A DNA stretch of 63,017 nt, the filler included, from Rhabdomonas costata (lineage: Eukaryota), in NCBI GenBank assembly GCA_019059605.1. It is 51 parts of 51 records of this genome, joined end to end, with 100 filler letters (N's around TTAATTAATTAA, not from the genome) between each part and the next. Parts side by side here need not be neighbours in the genome. Positions count along the whole stretch, not along the records: positions 24,762 to 25,899 come from JAHMHO010026731.1; positions 26,000 to 27,137 come from JAHMHO010026732.1; positions 27,238 to 28,375 come from JAHMHO010026733.1; positions 28,476 to 29,613 come from JAHMHO010026734.1; positions 29,714 to 30,851 come from JAHMHO010026735.1; positions 30,952 to 32,089 come from JAHMHO010026736.1; positions 32,190 to 33,329 come from JAHMHO010026737.1; positions 33,430 to 34,566 come from JAHMHO010026738.1; 43 more parts are not named here. One strand, written 5' to 3'. Positions 24,917 to 36,790 of this stretch are shown here, in pieces. The position numbers and the translations under genes were made by a program. Position 1 is the stretch's first letter. Every line of letters begins with the position of its first letter. A model generated the notes under the pieces. It had not been told where the DNA came from, did no database searches, and was given only the letters and a program-made list of their open reading frames with translations.

Positions 24917-26206
24917 AAAAGGGCTACAGGAAGGGCTGGGGTAGAGTGGAGCACACTCCCTGTTGCCCCTTCGTTTTTTCTTTTGCGCATCCCGTCATAC
25001 CGTAATCGCTTTGGACCGAGTGTGGTTGCGGAAAATCTGCAAGTCCCATTCGATGAGCGAAGCTCTCTAGGTGGTTTTAAATCTGTGAGGTTTGGGGGTT
25101 GTGAATAAGGTTCCCGCTATTATTTTACGTTTTTGTACCTAGCTGACCATGGGGGTGCCGGCACCCTCCCGAGCACAGCAATTCCCTAGTGTGCAAATGT
25201 CACCGGTGAACGTAACTGAAGTCCGTTATAGGGTTGACAAAATCTGTTCTGGTGTGTAAACTGGACGAGTCCGTACGTTTTAGCTCATCTGGATGGGGGT
25301 CATGACACTAGGCGTGGTAGCTGGGTTTGTCCCTCTAGTGCTTTGCCGTAAATGCAACCTGCGGGACGCGCAAAAGAAACTTGGTTGAGGGGGCGAGGGA
25401 TGGTCCAGGCATCTTCTTCCTCGACTTGCGTGGGCACCACCGCCGGCGAGTGCCGGCAGTGTTCCGCGGCCGAAGACAACCTGGAATAACTGCAGGGAAC
25501 ATCTACATCGCCTCACAAACCCAGCGTACACGTGCACCGCCCCCTGACCCCCTGCAAACGCTTCTATGAAAATCCCGGCTGTTTAATGCGTACAAAAGCC
25601 ATAATGGGGAATTAAAGCCATTCTACATTGACATTATAGCGTAATATCATCATAATATCTACATCACAGGACGCTATAGCAACATTATAGCACCAACCTG
25701 ATACTATTATACTATGATACCTATATACTATGACTTTATAGTACAACGGATGTAAAACCCCAACCTACGGTCCCCTCCAAGTGTAATAAAAACAAATGAC
25801 CACAAAAGCGCCGCTGTAAAATGAGTACAGAAAGCACTTTCAAACCCCAGCGAAAGCTTCAAGAGCATCCAGTCCCATGAACGACAGACACACACACACN
25901 NNNNNNNNNNNNNNNNNNNNNNNNNNNNNNNNNNNNNNNNNNNTTAATTAATTAANNNNNNNNNNNNNNNNNNNNNNNNNNNNNNNNNNNNNNNNNNNNG
26001 GGTGGTGGGTGGGGTATTCGTCAGGTCTGCAGTACCGAAAAGAAGTTACGGTCGGGAATAGTCCCTAAGCCAAAGAAGAAATCCACCTACCACCCAAATA
26101 TAACAACGTAACTCAAACAGGCTTCCACCGAATAAGGATGATCAAAGTAACCTGGCTCACCCCTCCTTTCTGGTCCCCAGAACCCACGTGCGAAGCGGAA
26201 ACAGAC

Positions 26207-26927
26207 CAGAGCGAGCCATCCTACTGTCCTCGGCCTCCCCGGCATCCTGCACGCGCAAGCTGGTTTTCTTAGCCCACTTCTGGTACAGCTCGTGGCTCTC
26301 CGTGGAGGAAGTAATCTTCACTCCGGCCTCGTTCCTGCGGAAGGTCTTCCCGCGCTTCTGAGCCTCGTCCAGCGATTGTCGGACATAGCTAAGCACACCA
26401 CCAACACCAACACCAACACCAGCACCGAATTACAAGGCAAATGATACATGGACAGAACTGAAGAGGCTCTATCTCTCTTGCAACGAGAGGTGTGGGAATA
26501 CGGTAGAATGGTGGCGCGGGAGTGTCAGGGTAGCACCAGAGTCCGATTGTTGAAGAAAACGCTTGCCCCTCAAGAAGCAGGGAAAAGTTCGCAGCTTTTT
26601 CGGCTCCCTCGAGGATGAACCACCAAGCCTGAACCTCAGTGATATCAATATCTAGGGCACTACGAAACGCGCGCGCTGCCGATGGTCAGGTATTTCAACG
26701 ACCCCCTCCCCACCTCACACGCTCTGAATGCTTGTATCTGATCAAGGTAAGTGATACGCAAGGTAGAGTTTGTGTGCGCGGTGTGTGTATGTAGGGGGGC
26801 GGGTCGGCGCGAACTTCTTCTTGCGCTTGTCCCAGTGCACCACGGTCTGGTGCTTGCGCAGCTCCTGCGCGTCCTCGGGGGAAAGCTCCAAGGTCTCAGA
26901 ACGGATGTTGCTGACGGCGTATGCTCG
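26207..26927 (-). CDS. DDX54: DEAD-box RNA helicase DBP10/DDX54, C-terminal domain exons
   Basis: Exons 26927-26815 and 26388-~26207 join in phase 2 (gttcgc...ttag): VHWDKRKKNYVRQ...RRNEAGVKITSSTESHELYQKWAKKT, matching DBP10CT WD.KKKK.V...K.ESG..I......Y.KW.KK. Confidence 0.8.
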
Positions 26928-27676
26928 CTGCGTTTTGGGAAGGAGGGCAAGAACAAGCGGAAGTGAACCTAAACCTAACCCCAAGAGAAAGTGCGATGGA
27001 GGAGAAATTCAAAGCATTTCCGGGGGTAACGCAGAAAAAACAAGCCGGGGATACAAACGATATGGAAAAGTCCTGGGTTAAGTCAAGGAAACTGCGGTCA
27101 CTGGGGCCCGTTCAAAGCAAAAAGATGCCACACCACANNNNNNNNNNNNNNNNNNNNNNNNNNNNNNNNNNNNNNNNNNNNTTAATTAATTAANNNNNNN
27201 NNNNNNNNNNNNNNNNNNNNNNNNNNNNNNNNNNNNNGTGGTGTTGGACGGGTGAGAAAATTGACAGAAATATCCGCTTTTATCTTGCAGTTACGAATCA
27301 AAGAGATACTATGTTCGCAACTTATTGCCAGACCTCATCAGGATCTGAAACCAAAAATCGAGCGAGTCATTGCGTTTAGAGGTTGAGACTTTGCCATAAT
27401 CGCGGATGAATCTCACCTACTCACAACGATGGAGAGATTAGCTTGGTGGAAAAGTCAGCAGGGTTGCTTGAAAACTATCCCAGTGAAGCAAAAGTACAAG
27501 CCCACTGCTGTCTCGGACCTTGCAGGAGACGACACGGACACGCACACGGGAAGACGGAAATCCAAAGCCACAGGAACGCACCGATTCTTGTCCTCCGTCA
27601 CATGGTACCCCTGGTCACTCCTGGCGACTCAAAGGGTCTCTGCCCAAGCCCAGAGAGGCTGGGCAAACCCACCAGC

Positions 27677-28203
27677 CTACGGTGGGTTGGGCGGCGAGCC
27701 ACCCGCAGGCGCAGGGGGAGGGGGAGGGCACCACGCCATCTGGGGCCGAAGAGGGCCCGTCTCAAACTTCAGCGCGCGCTCCAGCAAATGTGGAAAGTCC
27801 GGGCTGTCGCGCGACACCCTTGGGGGCTGAGCATCACTGCGCCTAAACAGAGAAAAAAAGCTCATGGGGTGCGGGATTTCTTGTTGATAATTATTTGCCC
27901 GACAGAAAAAAGCAAGCCAAAAACTGTGCAGAAAACAGGAAAGGCTGAAATTTTCCTGCCGCCAGCAAAGCGAGCAATGAAACTGACCGCGTCACTCGCT
28001 TTGTGTGTGAGCGTGCGTGTGCGCGTATGTTGGTGCGTGCAGAAGTGTCCCGCACACCAGAGCCAGATTTGCTCGTTGCACATTTTGGGCAGATGGAAGC
28101 TCTGGCCCATCCCAATGACAAAAGTCCCCTCCCACCCCCTCAGTATCCTGATCACGTGCTGGAAGTCCACGTCATCCGAGCAAAAGCAGAATTTGCGGTA
28201 GCC
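27677..28203 (-). CDS. NYN (LabA/DUF88, PIN-like) domain protein fragment
   Basis: Exon 28203-28058 GYRKFCFCSDDVDFQHVIRILRGWEGTFVIGMGQSFHLPKMCNEQIWL matches F...SSD.DF..L...LR..G..VIG.G....L...CD.FI.L. It splices in phase to an exon starting at 27842. The 3' end is uncertain. Confidence 0.7.
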
Positions 28204-28486
28204 CTGAACCGTGCGTGCATCCATTACAAGGCCCCAAACAACATGGAATGAACACTGTTGTCAACTATTGCAATCTCAAGTAAAAATGCAATGCCCCCTA
28301 CAGACTGGATCTTGTTCGAATCCGAAAAGAACATGAGTCACTCTCAAACTTTCTGCAAACGTCTAAAACCACCCCNNNNNNNNNNNNNNNNNNNNNNNNN
28401 NNNNNNNNNNNNNNNNNNNTTAATTAATTAANNNNNNNNNNNNNNNNNNNNNNNNNNNNNNNNNNNNNNNNNNNNGGGGTTTTGTA

Positions 28487-28905
28487 ATGCTGTTCTTGAT
28501 CGTGCTGGCGACCTTCTGCACCGTGTACGGACAGGTGCCTGCGCAAAACGGCAGATTTGGGGAGCGGGGGACTCTCCTTGCCCGTGCTCTGAGTGGAAAT
28601 TCAGATCCTCAAACCACCCCAGGTGCTCGGAGTAACTTGTTTGAAGCGGATCGACTGGTTTTTACTGGACACAAAGTAAGCGTCATTCTTGGCTAGTGGT
28701 CAGTATTTCTTGTCATTCCTAGTAATGCCGGTGAGGTGCTTGGTGTGAGTTTGTCCTTTGGGATGTTGTGAGGCTACGGCGGCGGGGTCAGGCGTGCTTT
28801 CTCTCCATGATTGTGCGCCGGGAAGACGGTCCTCTGCTTGCCGTGGTGGCTTCCCTGGCTGTGGCGGTGGCCAACGGCTACATCAACACCCTGCCAATGT
28901 TTCTG
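28487..28905 (+). CDS. Equilibrative nucleoside transporter (ENT/SLC29)-like, two exons near the C-terminus
   Basis: Hydrophobic exons to 28534 and 28792-28905 in phase. LAVAVANGYINTLPMFL matches the ENT TM10 motif .NGY..TL.M. Confidence 0.65.
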
Positions 28906-29713
28906 GTTGGCTACCGCGCCCACCTTGCTTCCAATTGTGGTGTTGCTGGTCGATTTAATTCGCTCCTGGTCTCGATGCCGATCCCTTTGCAGCATGTTTA
29001 GGTGTAACGCTCTAAATCTTAAAAAAAAAAGTACCCTCTACCTTGTTGCATGATTAGTCTCTCTCTCTCTTGAAAACGAGAAGTGGCGTCTACCTGACCT
29101 GACCTGATCTCGAACTCGAACTCGAGCGTTGGGGATCATGTTTGTTTGAATCGAAGCTCTTCTTGGCGAATGTAGACCACCGATCATCAACTTTGTGCCC
29201 AGCTGTGCCACCCTGTTGTTATACATGATTTCCATGACAGATGTGCGTGATGAGCCTGAGTTTCCCGAAGACTGTCTACTGTATTGCCTGACTCACTATC
29301 CATGCTTGCCCCCCCCCCTATCATTCTGCCGCCATGCCGGAGCGCCAGCAACGACTTCTTAATTTCATCGCGACATATTTGAATTGCGAAGGTTGGGCAG
29401 ACGCCTTCAAGGCGCCGTTGATATTCGGTGCAGGTTGTCACTGCTTTCTCCTTTAATTATTTAATTATTTAATTATTTCACTGTCTCAAAACAACAAGTT
29501 CCCCTCCACCGCTCACCCCTTTATTTAAGCCCGCTCGGTATCGAGGTTGGGCTTCTTTCTTTTTGGTTGATGTTTAATTGTGCTCATGCAATTTCAAAAA
29601 GTCACGCCCCACANNNNNNNNNNNNNNNNNNNNNNNNNNNNNNNNNNNNNNNNNNNNTTAATTAATTAANNNNNNNNNNNNNNNNNNNNNNNNNNNNNNN
29701 NNNNNNNNNNNNN

Positions 29714-30225
29714 TTGTGGGACTATTTGAAGTAAAATGGCGTGCTGCGTGATGTGGAGCACTGTTCTTGCGGAGGCTGCTTGGGGCAGTTGTGCAAGACT
29801 GGCTCGGATGTCAGCCCCCTCGTGGATAAGATTGGCCCTGGTTCCATCTTGTTTACCGATGGCGCTCGGTCTTACGAGTCTATTTGCAAGAAGATTCAGG
29901 TACGTTGGTCAAGGGTGTGTTTGTACGTAAACAGCGCCTGTGGGGGAAGCTTCGCTCTGTTTCTACGCAGGGCATTGATGGTACTTGGGGGCGCCTGAAA
30001 ACTTTCCTTCGAAGCAGGGGTGGAATCTCCCAGGACCACTTGGAGACCTCTGTGAAAGAGTTCCAGTGGCGTAGAAACCTCCCTCGCTCGGCCGATCCCT
30101 TCCTCTCTCTGCTCTGCTGCATCCGTGACGGTTGTTTGCTGTGACTGTCGTGGGGTTGTTTCGTCTTCTTCCTGGGCCTGTTAGGTAAAGGTATGCCTTA
30201 TAAAGATAAAACAAGGACATCCGCC
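29714..30225 (+). mobile_element. Merlin (IS1016/IS1595-related, ISXO2-like) DNA transposon, 3' part, frameshifted
   Basis: VSPLVDKIGPGSILFTDGARSYESI, then after a frameshift GVFVR...STQGIDGTWGRLKTFLRSRGGISQDHLETSVKEFQWRRNLPRSADPFLSLLCCIR, stop at 30144. Candidate right TIR end ...GGACATCCGCC at 30225. Confidence 0.85.
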
Positions 30226-33200
30226 TCATCCTACTCTGTAGGGAGTCCCGAAAAGAACTTTGAGCACTTTGAGAAGAGGAAGCAAGTGCATTCCACTGCC
30301 AAATGCAACACATTCAACGCAACAACACACACGGAGAGTGCCCGTGTGCACCTCTTTGCCGTCAGAAGGCAAGGGCTTGGACTGCGGCTCCGGCGGGGGT
30401 GAGGGTTCAGGTTTGAGTCCAGGTCTCAGGTGCCCAGCAGAACTCTACGGCACAACAAAAACAGACGTTCCAAGAAAATAGGCGAAAGGGTCAACCCACA
30501 CGCATCCATCCTCCGCTCCAGTGGCTAATTCAGGTTGGAGGGGGCCATGCAACGCAAAGAGTAGAAAAGATAGGCTGTGCCCTACGGTCGAGGAAATCGA
30601 CTGGCTGCTTCCACGGGAGCACGGAAGCAATTATAAAGGCATCCAACTGAAGCAAAACCAAAACACGCAATCACAACAGAAAGAGATAGTGCAAATGTAA
30701 ATGCACCTCAACCGCTTCGGAATCCGAAGACGGCGGCAAGGACTGAGGTTGCGGTGCAGGTACCTGCGAAAAAGAAAAAGAAGTTCAGGGCACAAACCAA
30801 GAGCACCTCAATGGGGATAACGTGCACCGAAAACCGTATTCCAACCCCACCNNNNNNNNNNNNNNNNNNNNNNNNNNNNNNNNNNNNNNNNNNNNTTAAT
30901 TAATTAANNNNNNNNNNNNNNNNNNNNNNNNNNNNNNNNNNNNNNNNNNNNGGGTGGGTGTTTGGGAAACTCCTGCTGTGGAGATGCAGTGGGCGCGAAG
31001 AGGGAGGGTTGCCGCATGTTACACGTTTTTTTTTTCGAAACGAAGTTACGTTCGGAGTTGGCAGGCGAGGAAAATGCGTGTGTCTTTGTTCACGCCCATT
31101 TTTTGGCGGGAAGTAGTTGGCGTTTCAAACCCAAGTTTGTGGGGGTGGGCTTTTGCGGATGGAAAAAGTCCCGAGCAGAATTTGGCCCGGTTTTTTTTGG
31201 ACGACGTACTCCCCGCATGTGCTCGCGGATTTTTTCTTTAAAAGCGCTTAAATTCGTGTTTTTGAACGAAGTAGTACGAGTCTAAGGCTGGAAACCCCCA
31301 CTTCTTGGGGTCGTACAAAAAACACGCGATAAAAGCTCGAAAGCTTTCTAAGCTTCTTTTAAGCTTTGGTGAAGCACAGAGCGTTTTGCGAGTACGTTTT
31401 ACGTTTTACGCAGCCGCCAGGAGCGAAGTGCACACAAACTGCGTTTACAGCCATCTGAAGGTTGTGCCAGCATTTGAGTTGCACAGCACCGGTGTCGCAC
31501 CGCTGCTCACAACAAAGAACACATCTCGGACGGGCCGGAATGTCCCGAAAGAGAGGTTTTATAAACAGAACGGAAACAGCCATAACAAAAAACACAACCC
31601 AGTCACACAGGCACAAAGCTTGTACAACAAAGCTCCGCAAAACGGAATTCAAGGCCGCGTTGAAGGGTTCGAACCGAAAAAGGATTTATCCCATCCACAC
31701 CTGCAAAAACACGGAACGGAGAACCAGGAATGTGCAAGCACCCACTTACGGCGCGTTCTAGCTTATAGTTTAGTCGTGACCTTGGTCAAATGAAGAGAGC
31801 GAGAAAGAGATACAGTTTTTTGGTTCACGTTTTGACAAACGCTCTCTTTTTTTTTCCGGATTGGTTAGCTGTTCCCAACGTTTTGTTTTGAAAAGACCAA
31901 GGTTGACTAGTGATTCTGGTTTTGGGACAGGGTTCCAAACTTCCAAAGTTTAGGCATTCAGAGACGGTCACGGTCAAATATCACTAACCATACCACGCTT
32001 TTAAGCGCAGGGAGCCGGGGGGCAGGCGGGGCCAGCAACAGCCGGAACTGTGGCCTGGTTGACGACCTCGGTCCCTGAAAAACAAAACCNNNNNNNNNNN
32101 NNNNNNNNNNNNNNNNNNNNNNNNNNNNNNNNNTTAATTAATTAANNNNNNNNNNNNNNNNNNNNNNNNNNNNNNNNNNNNNNNNNNNNTGGTTGGTTGT
32201 GTTGGGGGAAGTGGGATGCCGAAGGAGATATGCGCGGAAAACTTGACGCCGGCCCGCTCTGTGAAGGAGGAAAGCGATAGCCTGAAAAATGCTTGGGGAT
32301 CACGCGTGGCGGAGATGAATCAAGTCAAAGAGAAAGGTGACGATAACGGGCAATGACCAGTAAACGAAAAGAAGCATGAAGGAGCAGAGCGATGGGAGGT
32401 ACGCGATGAGAGACTGATCATTTCTACTCACACACACAATTTCTTAATCATCACGCGAGCTTGTCGTGCGAAATTGCTTACATACCTATACCCGGAATGC
32501 GCTAGGGGGAACAAACCCTGTCAGAAGGCCAACGAGCGAAACTTACCCCGGCGGCTGCCCCAGAAACGGGCGGAGGCCTCGCAACCATGGCCCCTGGCAT
32601 GCTCCGCTGCACATCGCCTCTCGGCGCCACATCCGTTGTCGAGTGACCGTGAGCCGACCAAAGGTACGACCCGTTTGGACCGCTCCCGCTTGTAGGGACC
32701 CGGAACGGGGGAATCGCACCAGTAGCCCCGGGTACGTCCCCTGAGGTTGGCGCGCAAGTGCTGAAAGAAGAGTTTCCTGAGGGATGGGCTCTCAGCGCCG
32801 AGCTCCCCATGGAACTCGCAAAAGCCACTGAAGGGGCAATGGTCGCAGGAACACTGGCTTGACGCTGCACCGGCGGCACAGGGAGGGTGAGTGTGGTGTC
32901 CGAGCTGGGCTCCGGGGTTTCAGGCCTCTTGGGGGCAACTGTGCACCACCCCCAAAGCCAAAAAAATGGGTTTGGTTCCGACGCGACCGACAGCTCCAGG
33001 CTGGAAGGAGTTCGACCCCATTAGAGCCAGAAATTCAGGCTGACCATACCGCTTGCGCTTGATGCGCGGTGCGCCCCAGTCGTACAGGCCGTAAGGTCGT
33101 ACAGTGCAGCTGAAAGGGGTGGGGGGAATGCGGATGGTGGGGATCCTTCCACGTACTCACAATACTAACAAAAGAAGAGCAAAAATAGCCATCTCTGTGG

Positions 33201-33881
33201 CAAAGTGAAAAGGGATAATACCCAATAAGAAGTATGGTGCGGCGCAGGAAAGATGAATGTTGTCACCCCCAACTTACCACACACACACACCACCGCGTCG
33301 GAATTCAGGCCGGGGCACCAACAAACACANNNNNNNNNNNNNNNNNNNNNNNNNNNNNNNNNNNNNNNNNNNNTTAATTAATTAANNNNNNNNNNNNNNN
33401 NNNNNNNNNNNNNNNNNNNNNNNNNNNNNCCCTCCCCTGCACCCTGGGGTGGGTTTTCTTTCCTCCCGCCCCTGCCCATCCCATTTGTGGTTTGCTTCAC
33501 CGTGGCATCTCGATTCATCAAAAATAGGCTTTTCAAAAAACCGAGACAATGCACAGCCTTTTCGATTCCAATTTCACCTCTTAGTAACGAAATGGCTCTC
33601 ATTCAGAAAAGAAAGAAAGAAAAAGAAAGAAAAGAAAAAAGAAACCAAGACCAAAACAGAAAAGAAAACGAACGAAAAGGAATGGTTTTAAGCAGGCTCA
33701 AAAGCAGGAGATGCTTCAATTTAGAACACAGAACGACGCAATCAACGGGGAACGGAAGAGAGATCGACGCGGAAACGGAGTCTCCATTCCACCTGCCGCA
33801 TTGCATCCTTCTTCCCCGTTCATAATAGTATTGCGTTTCCGCGATGCGAGACTGTCTGCGAGTGAGAGTGCGCCGCCATAC

Positions 33882-34566
33882 GTCCACGTATTCCTTGGTG
33901 TACACCGGGGTGGTGATGTGCTCCTCGCGGTTCACCGGCACACGCTGCTCCTCCACACGCTCCACGACCTGCTCCACGATCTGCTCCACGGGCACAGGGA
34001 TCTCCACCGTGCGGCACACCTCCTGGGTCACCTGCTCGGTGAACTCCTGCGTCCGAAAACAGACACATCCACACAAGCATACCCCAAAGAGTACATCGAG
34101 ACGTGTGACCTGTGTATGGTAATTACCGAAAGGTGCCACAAGAACATATCCACAAGAGCACAACGCAGCCACACCGATGCCTTCTCCCACCTCACCCACA
34201 ACCACAAACACACACAAAAAAAAAAAAAAGGAGCTGCCTGTGTCTCAGCGCCCCACCCTTCATCCCACCACTCCCCACCCAGCCATACCACAGGCGTGGG
34301 CACGTCGTAGGGCACCTCAACGCGCTTCTCCACCGTCCGGGTCACCGTCTGGGGGACGGTCCTGAGATCAAAAACACGGTTGGGGCAAAGAGGCCATATC
34401 CTGTCCGTACACTCAGTCGTGTGCTCGGTTTCGGGGGCCAAGCCGCTTCATCACAACATAGGAAACCCGGCACATTACCGAGCCACCACAGCACAACCTC
34501 GCTTACAGAACCTTCCCCCCGCAAACAAACTCAACACAACAGACCTCTCGATGATCTTCTCCACGG
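33882..34566 (-). CDS. Articulin-like (VPV-repeat) pellicle/cortical protein, three exons
   Basis: Exons to 34545, 34361-34289 and 34046-33882 in phase: VEKIIER|TVPQTVTRTVEKRVEVPYDVPTPV|EFTEQVTQEVCRTVEIPVPVEQIVEQVVERVEEQRVPVNREEHITTPVYTKEYVD. Confidence 0.85.
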
Positions 34567-35051
34567 NNNNNNNNNNNNNNNNNNNNNNNNNNNNNNNNNN
34601 NNNNNNNNNNTTAATTAATTAANNNNNNNNNNNNNNNNNNNNNNNNNNNNNNNNNNNNNNNNNNNNTTTAGCTCCGGGACAGGTGTATTTGTTTGTTCCG
34701 TTTGTGTAGGATTGTGCGACGAAAAGAAGGAAACCCTCACAGTTGTTAAGAATGGTGATGATATTGTCAAACATGGCGTGCAGGCGACTTCTTGTCGACG
34801 ATCTGTTTGTCCTTTCTTCCACAGCCACTAACCACTTTCGACTCATCGTTTCATCGTTAACCTGCCTTGAGACTGAATACTTTGAAACAGCCTGCGTGCA
34901 GCCAGCCCAGGGATCCATGACATAACCAGCAAACCAGCAAATAGAAAAAATGCGCGCGCAGTAAATCGGACAACACCCATTACCCAATTCAGGCAATCGG
35001 ACGAGGCACACCGAGAACACTGACAGGGCTTCACAGCCGATGGACGCGTAC

Positions 35052-35800
35052 ATTCCCTGGCCGTGCACGATTCCCACGGTGAGCTTGAACGGAGAGCTCT
35101 CTGAGGCCCGCACGACCTCGACCGCCAACTCGCAGGCCTGCGCGTCACGCCGCCCCGGCCCCCATCACCATCACCAGAAGCCAACGTTTCCCAAACCTCC
35201 GACTGGACCTCAAAAGTGTCCGCGAGGCACCACGCACAATCGATTAAGAGAATTGCTCCTATTCAGCTTTCGGCTCTGCTTCCAATTTGTCCAGATTCCT
35301 AACCGCTGCGCTGAAACAGACGACGCTAGTGGGACCATTTCACACTCAAGACCTCCCCGAGATCATCGTCATCTTCCCTTGTGCATGCCCCAATACCAAA
35401 TATAAAAAGGGGGAGGGGAACAGAAGCCCTCCTAACATTCGTCCCGGGGCACCACCTTACCAGCACGAAGTAAGCTTTCTCACATTTAAATAGCCCAAAA
35501 CTTCAGTTCCCGATATCGCCTTCCCAAAAAATTTGGATCCACACGATGATTTCGGATCTGCTCGAGCTGAGTCAGATCCCAACAGCTGCAGTCGCCGATC
35601 GCGAATCGCTCCGCCCCGGTGCACAACCTGCATCCTGCATCTGACCTTGACAGCTCCCAAATGAAAGGCAAGCGACCTGCATTCTGGCCGAGGCACACGG
35701 ACGGGCCGCGTTCCAGTGCACCAGCAAGACCTCCCCGTCCAGGCTGGCCGTGCCCCGGTGCAGGGATATTGCGGGATAGACCTTTCGGGAATGCACACCC
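35052..35800 (-). CDS. Degenerate class III nucleotidyl cyclase-like domain, two exons
   Basis: Exons to 35677 and 35137-35052: ISLHRGTASLDGEVLLVHWNAARPCASARMQ|ACELAVEVVRASESSPFKLTVGIVHGQG. Parallels G....F.GD......(W/F)NA.....H...A...A........IGIH.G. Confidence 0.6.
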
Positions 35801-35988
35801 AACANNNNNNNNNNNNNNNNNNNNNNNNNNNNNNNNNNNNNNNNNNNNTTAATTAATTAANNNNNNNNNNNNNNNNNNNNNNNNNNNNNNNNNNNNNNNN
35901 NNNNGGGGTTGTGTGACGCAATGTTGCGCTGCAACCTCACTTGCATCACTCCAAGACACCACCATCTTGGGGGGTTCTTGCACTGCAG

Positions 35989-36790
35989 GTTGCGCTGTAT
36001 TACCGACAAGAAGGAATCTTGTTCTTGCTCCTGAATTACTTGCTGAAGATCGCCAAAGGTAACGTGGCGCGGTGCTATGACGACGTTACCGAGGCCATAG
36101 CGATATCCAATGGTTACTCCCATCTCATGGAGTTCTTCGTGTACTTCGACCAGCATAGCCGGTGTGTAGGAAGGCTTGCTTTTTTCAAAAGAAATGTCTC
36201 CAAAAAGTTCTTTCTGAGGTTGGCTCTTCTTCTTGCCTGGATTGCAGAGAAGGATTCGCATCTTGCTGGACGGAGGCCATGCGCCACATCTGTGATCTGA
36301 CTCGCGAGTTGGCGAATGCACGGCAGGAGATCATGCACTCCTCGTTGCAGGGGAACGGCCGGGCTGCCCAGGAAGGGGAGACCGCCGCACTGCGAGGTGC
36401 ACCTCGAAACGCGGTTTAACGGTTCCAATGAATCGGAATTGCTGTTTAAAAGAAGGTCGTACAGCCTTCCATAGTCCTGGTTGGAACTTTTGTTTCGTTT
36501 CTGAACCGACGGAACAATTTGTGTGCGCATAATCCAAATCAATTGACTCCGCGTTGCACTGACACTCACCACAGCCTCATTGCGTTCAATACAAGGATTT
36601 TGAGCGGCCCCAGAGCACCCACTCGCGTTGGCGAGACAAGGGGTTGGGGTTAGGGGTGTATCCATGCTCCCCCACTTCAGAGCGCGTCTCCAGCCTAAAC
36701 GTAATGCTGCAGCAGAAGGACAGCATCATTGCTTCCCTACAACAGAGCTTGCAGGGCAGGGAGGCCGCCGTGGAGGAGCTGCAGCGGCAG
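35989..36790 (+). CDS. Unknown protein with coiled-coil, three exons
   Basis: Exons 35989-36161, 36248-36396 and 36681-36790 join in phase (2, then 1) with GT-AG borders. Last exon is ERVSSLNVMLQQKDSIIASLQQSLQGREAAVEELQRQ. Confidence 0.7.

Noticed and set aside
25610..25745. Degenerate TATA/ATAC-rich patch
   Set aside because: Looks like a decayed microsatellite with no stable unit or structure.
29452..29478. (TTAATTAT)3 resembling the linker
   Set aside because: A short genuine AT microsatellite without N flanks. Not informative.
30355..30430. tRNA- or SINE-like segment with a B-box-like GGTTTGAGTCC
   Set aside because: No acceptor stem or convincing cloverleaf. It would need tRNAscan-SE and a copy-number search.
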